Of a stretch of 64,000 bases of DNA, positions 52,653 to 61,487 are shown in pieces. This DNA is from a virus (Duplodnaviria > Caudoviricetes). The stretch's first letter is position 1. Every line of letters starts with the position of its first letter. The stretch is from the IMG/VR virus record IMGVR_UViG_3300045938_000125, positions 4,721 to 68,720 of that record, one strand, 5' to 3'. The position numbers and the translations under genes were made by a program. Under the pieces are notes generated by a model that was given only the letters and a program-made list of their open reading frames with translations, was not told the origin of the DNA and did not search any database.

Positions 52653-54114
52653 TGCTACGGAGGAACTGGAGCTAGAAGAAGAGCTCGCCGAAATCAGCGC
52701 CGACCAAGTGCTCGCCAGCATTTGCGAGGACCGCTTCTTTGAGTTCGTGCTGGAAATGTGGGAAACGATAGAGTCCGTTGAGCTTATTGTCAACTGGCAT
52801 ATCGAATACCTCTGCGACCAAGCCCAGGAAATGTACGAGGCGTGGGAGCGCAACGAGTCGCAACCCGATGGGCTCTTCAATGTGCCCCCCGGTAGCAGCA
52901 AGAGCACCATTCTTACCCAGCTCTTCCCCGCTTGGCTGTGGCTCAAGAAGCCTTTCTTCCGCATTATCAGCAGTAGCTACGCTGGTGACCTCAGCGTCGG
53001 CCACTCGCTGAAAAGCCGGGACTGTCTGCGCTCCGATAAGTTCAAGCGCCTCTGGCCCGGCCGCATCACGTTCAAGGCTGACCAAGACGGCAAGACCAAC
53101 TATCGCAATACGGCCATGGGCCAGCGCTTCTCGACATCGACCAACGGCCGGGTTACGGGTATGCACGGGGACTGCATTATCATTGATGACCCTATCGACC
53201 CCGAAGAGGCCAGCAGCGAAGTAGCCCGCAATGCAGCGGCCGGCCACCTGCGCAAGCTCGTAACCCGCACCACCGATAAGGCGCGCTCCTTTCGGATAAT
53301 GGTCATGCAGCGCGTGCACGAGCTAGACCCGGCCGGCATCTGGCTCAAGTCGGGCCGGCCCCTGCGCCACGTTTCCTTGCCCGGTGAAGTGAGCGAGCAC
53401 GTAAAGCCCGCCCACCTCAAAAGCCGCTACGTCGATGGCCTGCTCGACCCGCGCCGCCTCAACCGCGTGGCGCTGGCCGGCCTCAAAGCGGCGCTGGGTA
53501 GCTACGGCTACGCTGGCCAGATTGGGCAGGTACCCACACCGGCCGAAGGTGGTATCCTCAAAAAGGCGTGGTTTAAAACCATGCTCTGGCCCGACTTCCT
53601 GGAAAAGGTGCCGGGCGCCAAACACGCCGTTTGGCTCTACGACGCCGATACCGCCTACACTGAGCAAACCAAGAACGACGCCAGCGCCCTGCTTGCGTCG
53701 GTGTACCTGGGGCAAACGCTGTACGTGCGCCACGTAGCCGAAATGCGCCTCGAATTGCCCCAACTTAAAACCAAGTTAATGGAGCTGGTGAAGGAGCACG
53801 GCTACGGCCCGCTCAGCAAACTGCACATTGAGCCCAAGGCCAGCGGTAAGGACGTGGTTGCCGAGCTGCGCAATATCTCGCAGCTCAACGTAGTGGAAGC
53901 CCCCTCGCCAGTAAATGACAAAACCCAGCGCGTGAATGCGGCCTCCCCCTTCATTGAGGCCTGCCGCGTGGTGCTCATTGATGGGGCCTGGAACTCGGCA
54001 TTTATTGAGCAGTGCTGCGGCTTCCCGATGGCTGCCCACGATGACATGCTCGACACGCTTACGCAGGCCATTGCCCGCTACAACTTCAAAAAAGGCGGTG
54101 GCACCGTCTGGTAA
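52645..54114 (+). CDS. terL: Terminase large subunit
   Basis: NVPPGSSKST, IIIDDP, IVMQR.HE.D, YAGQ..Q.P, HIEPKASG, FP.AAHDDMLD. Confidence 0.93.
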   Translation: MLSATEELELEEELAEISADQVLASICEDRFFEFVLEMWETIESVELIVNWHIEYLCDQAQEMYEAWERNESQPDGLFNVPPGSSKSTILTQLFPAWLWLKKPFFRIISSSYAGDLSVGHSLKSRDCLRSDKFKRLWPGRITFKADQDGKTNYRNTAMGQRFSTSTNGRVTGMHGDCIIIDDPIDPEEASSEVARNAAAGHLRKLVTRTTDKARSFRIMVMQRVHELDPAGIWLKSGRPLRHVSLPGEVSEHVKPAHLKSRYVDGLLDPRRLNRVALAGLKAALGSYGYAGQIGQVPTPAEGGILKKAWFKTMLWPDFLEKVPGAKHAVWLYDADTAYTEQTKNDASALLASVYLGQTLYVRHVAEMRLELPQLKTKLMELVKEHGYGPLSKLHIEPKASGKDVVAELRNISQLNVVEAPSPVNDKTQRVNAASPFIEACRVVLIDGAWNSAFIEQCCGFPMAAHDDMLDTLTQAIARYNFKKGGGTVW

Positions 54115-54138
54115 CTCCTAGCTAGTAACTCCTAACTT

Positions 54139-54831
54139 ATGACTATTACCCTCACCGCCGACGATGGCGAAACCCTCACCGGCAAGCTGCCCGACAGCTG
54201 GGCCACCACGCCGCTGGCTGCCTACGCTGCCATTGCCACCGCTGAGCTGCTGCCCGCCCGCGTGCGCGCCGTGGCCGCGCTCGTAGGCTTGCCCGCCGAG
54301 CCGCTGCTGGCCAACATTCGGCACTACGCCGCCATTCGCGCCGCCGCGCCCTGGCTGCTGAGCGGCGAGCTACCCGAAGCTACCGGGGCCGTGCCGCAGT
54401 TCAAGCACGCGGGCACCACCTACGTGCACGTGGGCCACCTCGACCGCATCAGTGCCGAGCAGATGGAGGCGCTCGTGGGCTTCCTGCGCGCCTCCGATGG
54501 CCAGCCGCTCACGGCCGGGCCGGGCCTGCTGGCCGTGCTCTACTGCCCCAAGGGCAAAACCCAGACGGGCGAGGTAGTGAGCGCGGCCCAGGCGGCTTTT
54601 GCCACGCTGCCGATGAGCATTGCCTGGCCTGCGCTCGCCGATTTTTTGCGGAGTTCGGCGAGTGTCGCGCTGAATATCCGCACTGTTTCGGCACTAAGCG
54701 CGCAGGTCGAAACGATGCTGGCGGCGCTGGAAACGGCGCTCCAGACGGGTGGGGATTCGCGCACCTCCTATTTGAATTTGCGGCGCAGGTTGGGACGGAC
54801 GTGGATACAGCGCGTAAGAAAAATGCTCTGA
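54139..54831 (+). CDS. Tail assembly chaperone; probable -1 frameshift product extends to 54878
   Basis: LPDSWA..PLAAY N-terminus; slippery T TTT TTG at 54642-54648; -1 frame open to TGA 54876-78. Confidence 0.7.
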   Translation: MTITLTADDGETLTGKLPDSWATTPLAAYAAIATAELLPARVRAVAALVGLPAEPLLANIRHYAAIRAAAPWLLSGELPEATGAVPQFKHAGTTYVHVGHLDRISAEQMEALVGFLRASDGQPLTAGPGLLAVLYCPKGKTQTGEVVSAAQAAFATLPMSIAWPALADFLRSSASVALNIRTVSALSAQVETMLAALETALQTGGDSRTSYLNLRRRLGRTWIQRVRKML

Positions 54832-54889
54832 CCGTGCTCGAAACCTGCGAGTACTACCGCAGCCAGGCCGCCAAGTGAGAAGCCCGCCC

Positions 54890-54924
54890 TTAGCAAGAAA
54901 TGCGAGGGGCGGGCTTCTGCTTGT
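54890..54924 (+). promoter_or_regulatory. Prophage B late motif copy 2
   Basis: TTAGCAAGAAA-N10-GGGCTTCTGCTTGT-ATG. Confidence 0.75.
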
Positions 54925-55395
54925 ATGTCCGCGCCCCTTACCTACGCCAACGCTTTCGACTACCTGCTGGGCCTTGGCCGGCGCTTCTCACTCATCGGCC
55001 GCGCCGAGCTCACCTTCACCGGGGAGGCCGTAGCCGCCGAGGGCTACCCGCTGCTGCTCGTGGAAGGCGACCCCCAGGGCTCGGAGCTAATCGACGCCGG
55101 CCGCCCGGTGGGGTCGGACTCCTTCACCATCGCCGTGCAGGTGCTTTTGCAGCAGGCCGACCCCAACGCGGCCGACCTGGCCCACATGCTCCAGCAGGCC
55201 AACGCCTGGGCCGACAGCCTCACCGAACAGCTGCGCTACGAGCGGCCGCAACAGCTATGGGGCGTCAATAAGCTGGCCCTGCCGGGGCAGGCGGGCAGCG
55301 ATTTAGCCTGTGGCTACCGCGTGGAGCTAACGCTGAAGCTCGTGAAGGAAATCGACCGCACCACTAACCGCGACCTGTTCGCCACCGAAGTATAA
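54925..55395 (+). CDS. Putative tail terminator protein
   Basis: EGYPLLLVE...CGYRVEL; counterpart of 7133..7603. Confidence 0.5.
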   Translation: MSAPLTYANAFDYLLGLGRRFSLIGRAELTFTGEAVAAEGYPLLLVEGDPQGSELIDAGRPVGSDSFTIAVQVLLQQADPNAADLAHMLQQANAWADSLTEQLRYERPQQLWGVNKLALPGQAGSDLACGYRVELTLKLVKEIDRTTNRDLFATEV

Positions 55396-58300
55396 TGCCA
55401 GCCAAGAAAGTAACATCGGTGGAAATGCCGCCGAAGGTGACCGACGATGAATTGTTCGCCACCGAAGTAGAGTTCGTGCGCGCCGCCGTGAACGACCACG
55501 CCGACGCGCTGGACCGGCTTGAGCAAGCAGTAATGAACTTTGCTACGCCCGCGCTAGGGGCTGAGTTTACGAAGCTCAGCAACGGCAAGGCCTCTTTTCT
55601 GCTTAGCCCGGAAGTCATTGCCAAGCAGGTTGCCGGCCTGCTGCGCCGCCGCCCGCTTATCGAGCGCGTCAACATCGTAAGCGACCCGGTGGCCCCGCTG
55701 CCGGCGCTGCCCGCGGCCGTGGCCTTGCCCACTGGCCTGACCGCGCCGCGCGCGGCTGATTTTACTATCACGGCCAGGGGCGTAGCTGCTGCTGGCGCAC
55801 CCGTCGTAGCCGAGTGGACCCGCGGCGGCATCGGGGGTAATGTTATTCTGGTAAGCGGCGAGGGCCTGCTGGCCAGCACGGCGGTGGTGTATGCCCATGG
55901 TAAGCTTTACCAAGCGCAGGTGCGCAACACGTCGGCCCGGCAGATGCAGGTGCAGCTACCCAAGAATTTGGGGCAATTCGATGTGTTCGTGCTGTGGCCT
56001 AAAAATGCGCAGGGCTATGGTGAACCCGTGCTCATCAACTGCGCCGAAGCGTGGTGGGCCGAAGACAAAGTAGTTGCCGGCGAGCTGTTCAGCATTTTTG
56101 GGGACTACCTGGCGCAGGGCGATGTTACCGGCACGAATAACGCCTACGTGGGGATTAAGTCGCTAATCGACCAAAAGGTGTACGAGGCGGAAGTAGTAGA
56201 GGTGAAGCTCGACTACCTGACCGTGCGCGCCCCGGCTGGCCTGGCTATCGGGGGCGCGGACTGCTACGTGCACAACCGGCACGGCGGCCTCTACGGCGTG
56301 AGCAAGCCCATTCGGGTGAACTGCGTGGCGCGTCAGGACCATATTCTTTACAAGACGTTTCCGAACGTAGTCAACGTCAACCTGTCCACGGCCGCCGTAA
56401 ATACCAACGGGCGGCTGATGCAGGATAGCTTCAACGGAAGCAACGGTTTGAAAAGCCTGCGCCTGCCGGCTGGCGTCTTTACCGTTTGTGATGCCGCTTT
56501 TCTAGGTGACCTCAATAATGGAGGTGGTGAAATCCTGGGTGCCCCGCTCGATAGCGCGGGCAACCCGACCACCATCTTTATCATGCCAGCGGACTTTGTG
56601 CAGGGAAAGTGGGACTTCGGTTTTATGGGCTCTACCCAGACCGTTGATAATATTCGGATTAAGAATATTGAGTTCCGCAATCCGGATGGTAAGCTGTTTG
56701 CTCCTGGCAATTCCATTGAGCAGGTGCCGCTCATGTTCAAGAAAGCCACGAACACGGCAATTTTGAACGTCAATATCCTGGCGCCGAAAAACGTGCCGCT
56801 CAACATGGAGCGCGGCATTGAGTACGTCTATATCCGCAAGTGCAAGCTGCAAGGTGGGGGCTCGACAGTCATGCAGGGCCGGCAGGTGCTTATCGACGAT
56901 AACATCTACGAAGGGGCTTCGCGGGCTGACTCGCTGTTCAATTCCAGCGGCGTCATTGAGGCCGCCTGCCGCCGCAATGTGTTTGGCGATAAGACGCCCG
57001 GCAGCTTGGACGAGCTGGAAACCCTGAAGGGGCGCTTCTACAAAGTGGGTTTGAACTACGGTTCAACCTACCACGTGTGCGTGAGCTACAACATCGGTCG
57101 TGATGTGGGGCCGCTCGAAACGTTACTGGACCAAAACGAAGGCGAAATGATTTTGGCGGAAGGTGCCTGGCAGGTATATGCTGGCGCGCCCACTGCTACC
57201 ACGGCCAACACCATCACGTTCAACGCCACCTTCACCAACGACTATGGCGGTTACGATGAGTTTCCCAAGCTCAAAAACAACCTGAACGTGGTGCCGGGCA
57301 AGCACATGCTGCGCATCATTGACGGGCCGGGCACTGAGCAGGTATTTCATATCCTGAGCCACAACGGGCGCACGCTCACGCTGGACAGGCCGTTCCGCGT
57401 GCGGCCGACAGCGGCCAGCTCTGTCCAGATTGGCCTGTTTCATGACCGCTTCAGCGTGGAAGGCAACGACTTCAGCGGGCGCGATGGAGTGGCCAGCCGG
57501 GCGGCCTACAATGTGCAGGCCGGATTTAATAGCTACGGGGGCGGCAGCCGCTGCAACGTGAAGCGGAATCGGTTCACAAAGCTGCGCGCTGGCGTGCGCT
57601 TCGATGGCACCTACGAGGTGGGTGCCTACCAGGGCGAGCGCATGATTATGCCCGCCATGGCCATGAACATCCAGGGCAACCTGTTCGATGGGTGCCGCCG
57701 TCACGTTTTTTTCGTAGCGGCTCAAGATGACCGCAACCCGCCGAACTACTACACGTTTCCGGCGGCGGCCATCATCGGCTGTCGCTTTGCGGACAACGTG
57801 TTTAAGAACGCTATCGACCTTGATGTAGAGATTGAGGCCGCCCGTAGCGAGCAGCATAGCATGCTCAATAATGGCGCATCTATTCAACACGTCAGCTTTG
57901 ACGGGGAGTTCGGCGTGCCCACCCAGCCAATTCGCAACTACTGGCGCTACTACGAAGGGCTACCGCCCGTCGCAGTTACGCCGAGCACGCTCTCTAACTT
58001 CCTGATTGCCCCGGCCGCCAGTGATGAGGTAGGCATTGCCCCCGTGAGCGAGGTGACAAATGAGCTAGGCCCGGTGGAACCGCTGCCCAGCGATGCGGCT
58101 GCGCCACTAGGCATTCTCTCGTTCAGTCAGGTGGGCAACAGCGTGCTCGGCTACTTGGATAGCTTGAGGCGTTTCGTGCCGCTGGCGCGCACCTACACGC
58201 CGAGCGTGGGTGGCACCCCTACGCCCACGCCGGCGGGCAATACCTACTACGATGCCCACTACGTGGCCCAGGTCGCCGGTGCCCAGCCGGCTATCGTGAA

Positions 58301-59267
58301 GCCCGACGCGGTGCTGTTTTTCAACGTCAGCGTAGACGGTGAAGCGTTGGTGCGTGGCCTCGACTACACCGACGATGGCCAGGGCACACTCACGATTGAT
58401 GCCCGCTACCCGGTCAAAGTTGACAGCGATGTGCAGTACAGCTGGCTCACGTCGGCCTTGCAGGCGGGGCCCGTGACCGGCTACACCGACGCGGAAATTG
58501 ACGCGTTTCTTGCCAGCAAGCCCAGCCGGCAGGAGCTAACCGACATGCTGGCGACAGTCTATACCAAAGCCCAGGCCGACAACCGGTACGGCCAGCTAGC
58601 TATCGAGAATACTTGGCAGCGGGACCAGCTATACGACGGAGATGCTATATTTTCAAGTAGCTACCTGCCTCTGCGGGTGCGGATTAGCGCCTTTGGAGTT
58701 TATGTAAGCAACAAAGGGCCAATTGCTGTCACCATAGGAACGAACGCTATTCAGTGGACTGACGGTAGCGTTTCCGCTCGCCTGGCATTAGCTGGCGGGA
58801 AGCTGGTTTTTAGCGGGGCAGAGGTAGAGGCGCCCGACCCGACCACGCCGCAAGGCCTGGCAACGGCCGCCTACGTAGACCGCAAGATAAGCGCGGCGCT
58901 AGGCGCTGGCACTGGCGGCGGCACCGTTCAGCCGGTGGCCGACCCGTCGCTGTCCTTTCCCTACAACGCGCTGGCCGGCAACAACGCCACCACGAGTTGG
59001 GACGTGGCCGGCAAGCGCCACGCGGCGGTTTACGTGGAACTGAACGTCAACACGACGCTGGCCTTGGCCAACGCGACAGATGGCTTCGTGGGCACGCTGC
59101 TGGTAGTAAATGCGACCCAGAACCCACTCAGTCTGGCCCTACCAGCGGGCAGTTTTGGCCCCAAAAACTACCAAAACTCGCTGGCCGCTGGCGAGCGCCG
59201 GATGCTCACAGCCACCTACGCCGCAGGCACCTGGTATTTTAACTCCGCAGTTTATTACCCGCAATAA
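55395..59267 (+). CDS. Tail fibre/spike with probable beta-helix domain
   Basis: 1290 aa; same architecture as 12311..15997 with near-identical C-terminus. Confidence 0.7.
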   Translation: MPAKKVTSVEMPPKVTDDELFATEVEFVRAAVNDHADALDRLEQAVMNFATPALGAEFTKLSNGKASFLLSPEVIAKQVAGLLRRRPLIERVNIVSDPVAPLPALPAAVALPTGLTAPRAADFTITARGVAAAGAPVVAEWTRGGIGGNVILVSGEGLLASTAVVYAHGKLYQAQVRNTSARQMQVQLPKNLGQFDVFVLWPKNAQGYGEPVLINCAEAWWAEDKVVAGELFSIFGDYLAQGDVTGTNNAYVGIKSLIDQKVYEAEVVEVKLDYLTVRAPAGLAIGGADCYVHNRHGGLYGVSKPIRVNCVARQDHILYKTFPNVVNVNLSTAAVNTNGRLMQDSFNGSNGLKSLRLPAGVFTVCDAAFLGDLNNGGGEILGAPLDSAGNPTTIFIMPADFVQGKWDFGFMGSTQTVDNIRIKNIEFRNPDGKLFAPGNSIEQVPLMFKKATNTAILNVNILAPKNVPLNMERGIEYVYIRKCKLQGGGSTVMQGRQVLIDDNIYEGASRADSLFNSSGVIEAACRRNVFGDKTPGSLDELETLKGRFYKVGLNYGSTYHVCVSYNIGRDVGPLETLLDQNEGEMILAEGAWQVYAGAPTATTANTITFNATFTNDYGGYDEFPKLKNNLNVVPGKHMLRIIDGPGTEQVFHILSHNGRTLTLDRPFRVRPTAASSVQIGLFHDRFSVEGNDFSGRDGVASRAAYNVQAGFNSYGGGSRCNVKRNRFTKLRAGVRFDGTYEVGAYQGERMIMPAMAMNIQGNLFDGCRRHVFFVAAQDDRNPPNYYTFPAAAIIGCRFADNVFKNAIDLDVEIEAARSEQHSMLNNGASIQHVSFDGEFGVPTQPIRNYWRYYEGLPPVAVTPSTLSNFLIAPAASDEVGIAPVSEVTNELGPVEPLPSDAAAPLGILSFSQVGNSVLGYLDSLRRFVPLARTYTPSVGGTPTPTPAGNTYYDAHYVAQVAGAQPAIVKPDAVLFFNVSVDGEALVRGLDYTDDGQGTLTIDARYPVKVDSDVQYSWLTSALQAGPVTGYTDAEIDAFLASKPSRQELTDMLATVYTKAQADNRYGQLAIENTWQRDQLYDGDAIFSSSYLPLRVRISAFGVYVSNKGPIAVTIGTNAIQWTDGSVSARLALAGGKLVFSGAEVEAPDPTTPQGLATAAYVDRKISAALGAGTGGGTVQPVADPSLSFPYNALAGNNATTSWDVAGKRHAAVYVELNVNTTLALANATDGFVGTLLVVNATQNPLSLALPAGSFGPKNYQNSLAAGERRMLTATYAAGTWYFNSAVYYPQ

Positions 59268-59970
59268 TGTTTCAGTAATGTTTCAGTTCAACGCACAAAA
59301 TGGCCTGGGTGGTGGCTACAACATCGCCAACGCCATCGTCTTTCTCGACGCGGCCGACACTGGCTCACTTATACAGAATGCGGGCGGCCTCACGCGCTGG
59401 GTGGATGGCAGCGGCGAAAGCAACGACCTGATTGCCGCCGCTGGAGGTGAACCCAGCGTGGGCAGTGGGGGCGTTGTGTTCAATGGGAATAGAAGCATGG
59501 AACTGGCCATTCCCTTATTTCCTAGCTCGCAGCAAGGGTATTCCGAGTGGACTATGGCCGTGCTTATTCGGCCCCAGGACCAAGCTAATCAGTACGACTA
59601 CGCCGCCGTATTCAGCCCCTCTCAAACAGCGGCGGGTTCTCCCAACTTTGTTTTTGTCGCGGGCGGCCAGTGGGGCCTGGCGCAGGGTGGGGCAGGATTT
59701 CCGCGCATTGGCAACGTCACCGAGAACCGCGACCAGCTCGTCATCGTGTCTTCTTCCAGGTCGCGCAACCGGATAGTATCCTACGTAACTGGCACAGGTG
59801 AAGTAGTTAACACAGCGAATTATATTGATAACGCCATCTGGAATTTTGGTATCTGCTACGGGATGCGGGGCGTAATGAAGCTGTTCGTTTTTTGCAATGC
59901 CTACTATACCAGTGCCGAGCGGCTGGCCCTGCGCGACCAGATAAGCGCCCAAACCGGCCTGACTTTATAG
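58481..59970 (+). repeat. Second copy of the shared tail module
   Basis: See 15211-16693. Confidence 0.95.
59278..59970 (+). CDS. LamG/ConA-like protein, near-identical to 16001..16693
   Basis: 230 aa with roughly a dozen substitutions. Confidence 0.7.
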   Translation: MFQFNAQNGLGGGYNIANAIVFLDAADTGSLIQNAGGLTRWVDGSGESNDLIAAAGGEPSVGSGGVVFNGNRSMELAIPLFPSSQQGYSEWTMAVLIRPQDQANQYDYAAVFSPSQTAAGSPNFVFVAGGQWGLAQGGAGFPRIGNVTENRDQLVIVSSSRSRNRIVSYVTGTGEVVNTANYIDNAIWNFGICYGMRGVMKLFVFCNAYYTSAERLALRDQISAQTGLTL

Positions 59971-59976
59971 CTTTTT

Positions 59977-60921
59977 ATGCCTTCCATTCGCGCCCGCCTC
60001 GACCAGCTGGACGAGGCTACCGGCATTGTCCAAACCAGCGGCCCCGACCAAGTCAGCGGCCCGTTCCTGCCCCTGCCTGTACAGATTGCCATAGCGGTAA
60101 ATACTGGCCTAAGCAATCTGGCGGGCGTAGATGACTACCACGAGGTAGCCACTACAAAAACGGCGATGCGCAACGAGATGCTGTTGCAGGCTTTGCGGGC
60201 CTTCATCGCCAGCCAGCAGGCTATTAATGAGGCCACGCAGGCGCTGCTCGCCGTGCTGCTGGCCGGTGCCGACCGCACGAGTGCGCAGGTGGCAGTGCTC
60301 ACCGGCTCAATGCAGCTGGCGCAGGTGGCAGCGGTTGCCAGCGAGGCCAAGCAGGCGGCGGCTGAGCTGCGCCTGACTGCGCTCGAAGCCAAGGACGTGC
60401 TCATTGCCAGCGCCACCGAAGCCAACCGACTTGAAATCGTCAAGAACACCGCCGCCGATGCACTACGCGATGCCCGCCTGAGTCAGGACGAAACCGCTAT
60501 CGCCGCCGCGCAGGCCACCGCTACCCAGGCCCGCGCCGACTACGCCACCGCGCAGGCCAAAGCCGAGCAGCAGGCCGCCGCGCTGCTCGTGGTGCTGGGC
60601 AAGGCCGATGCCGCGCAGGCCACTGCCACCGCCGCCCAAACTGCCCAAGCTGCCTTTGCGGCCCGCTTCCGCAGCGTGCGCTTCACGCTGCCACAGATTC
60701 CGCTCGCTGGCACGGTTGACGTGGTGGTGCCCTTCGCAGCGTTCGCCGATAATGCCTTCACCGCCATTGCCGAGCCGGCCGGCTTGACCCTGCTGGGCCT
60801 GGATGCCACCGAAGTACCCACCGCCCGCACGGCCAGCACGGCCACGTTTAAAATTAAAAACGTGCTGGGCCTGACCATCGCCGCCGGGGGCGTGCTCAAC
60901 TTCATCGCCCTGCACGATTAG
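59977..60921 (+). CDS. Ala-rich coiled-coil tail-associated protein
   Basis: Long helical stalk with a small beta-rich C-terminal domain. Confidence 0.6.
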   Translation: MPSIRARLDQLDEATGIVQTSGPDQVSGPFLPLPVQIAIAVNTGLSNLAGVDDYHEVATTKTAMRNEMLLQALRAFIASQQAINEATQALLAVLLAGADRTSAQVAVLTGSMQLAQVAAVASEAKQAAAELRLTALEAKDVLIASATEANRLEIVKNTAADALRDARLSQDETAIAAAQATATQARADYATAQAKAEQQAAALLVVLGKADAAQATATAAQTAQAAFAARFRSVRFTLPQIPLAGTVDVVVPFAAFADNAFTAIAEPAGLTLLGLDATEVPTARTASTATFKIKNVLGLTIAAGGVLNFIALHD

Positions 60922-60952
60922 CAAGAAAAGAGGGGGCCGGGCTTCTGCTTGT
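60918..60952 (+). promoter_or_regulatory. Prophage B late motif copy 3
   Basis: TTAGCAAGAAA-N10-GGGCTTCTGCTTGT-ATG. Confidence 0.75.
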
Positions 60953-61486
60953 ATGCCCGCGCCCCTCTCTTTTCGTGAAATTCTGCTGGACGTAGGCCGC
61001 GCTATCTGCCTTGAAATGGTGCGGATATTAGATAACGGCCCCTACGGCGGCCTGCGCAAGAACAGCGCCCTGCGCAAGCAGCTGCTCAGCGCGGGCGCTA
61101 CCCAGGTAGCCCAGCAGCGTGGCAGTGGCGGCAAGTTTGGCACCTACGGCCTCACCATCGTGGCCCAGGATTACTTGCAGTGGCTCGATACCGGCCGCAA
61201 GCCCGGCGGGAAGAAGGTGCCGATTGAGGCGCTGATAAAATTCGTGAAGCAGCGGGGCCTCAACCGGGGCAAAAACGGCCGTTTCACGGGCGCGGCCTCC
61301 ATTAATTCGATTGCGTGGGCGATTCAGCGCTCGATTTGGCTGCACGGCATCAAGGGCCGCCACTTCATCGAACCCGCCTACGCGCTGGGCGCTCAGGTCA
61401 TGGACCATTTGCTAGACGAAGCCGCGCTCGACCTCATGAGCCGCGAGCTGTCGGCGCAATTCTCGCTTTTTAAAACCAGTAAGTAA
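60953..61486 (+). CDS. HK97 gp10-like tail/neck protein (putative)
   Basis: YLQWLDTGRKPG.K.VPI.ALI.FV..RG, IAWAIQR.I..HGIKG..F. Confidence 0.6.
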   Translation: MPAPLSFREILLDVGRAICLEMVRILDNGPYGGLRKNSALRKQLLSAGATQVAQQRGSGGKFGTYGLTIVAQDYLQWLDTGRKPGGKKVPIEALIKFVKQRGLNRGKNGRFTGAASINSIAWAIQRSIWLHGIKGRHFIEPAYALGAQVMDHLLDEAALDLMSRELSAQFSLFKTSK

Positions 61487-61487
61487 C

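Noticed and set aside
15211-59970. Diversity-generating retroelement TR/VR pair
   Set aside because: Differences are mostly synonymous and not adenine-specific, both copies are coding, and no reverse transcriptase is in the window
59977-60921. Tape measure protein of prophage B
   Set aside because: Only 314 aa with no tape-measure motifs; the true gene is probably beyond the window
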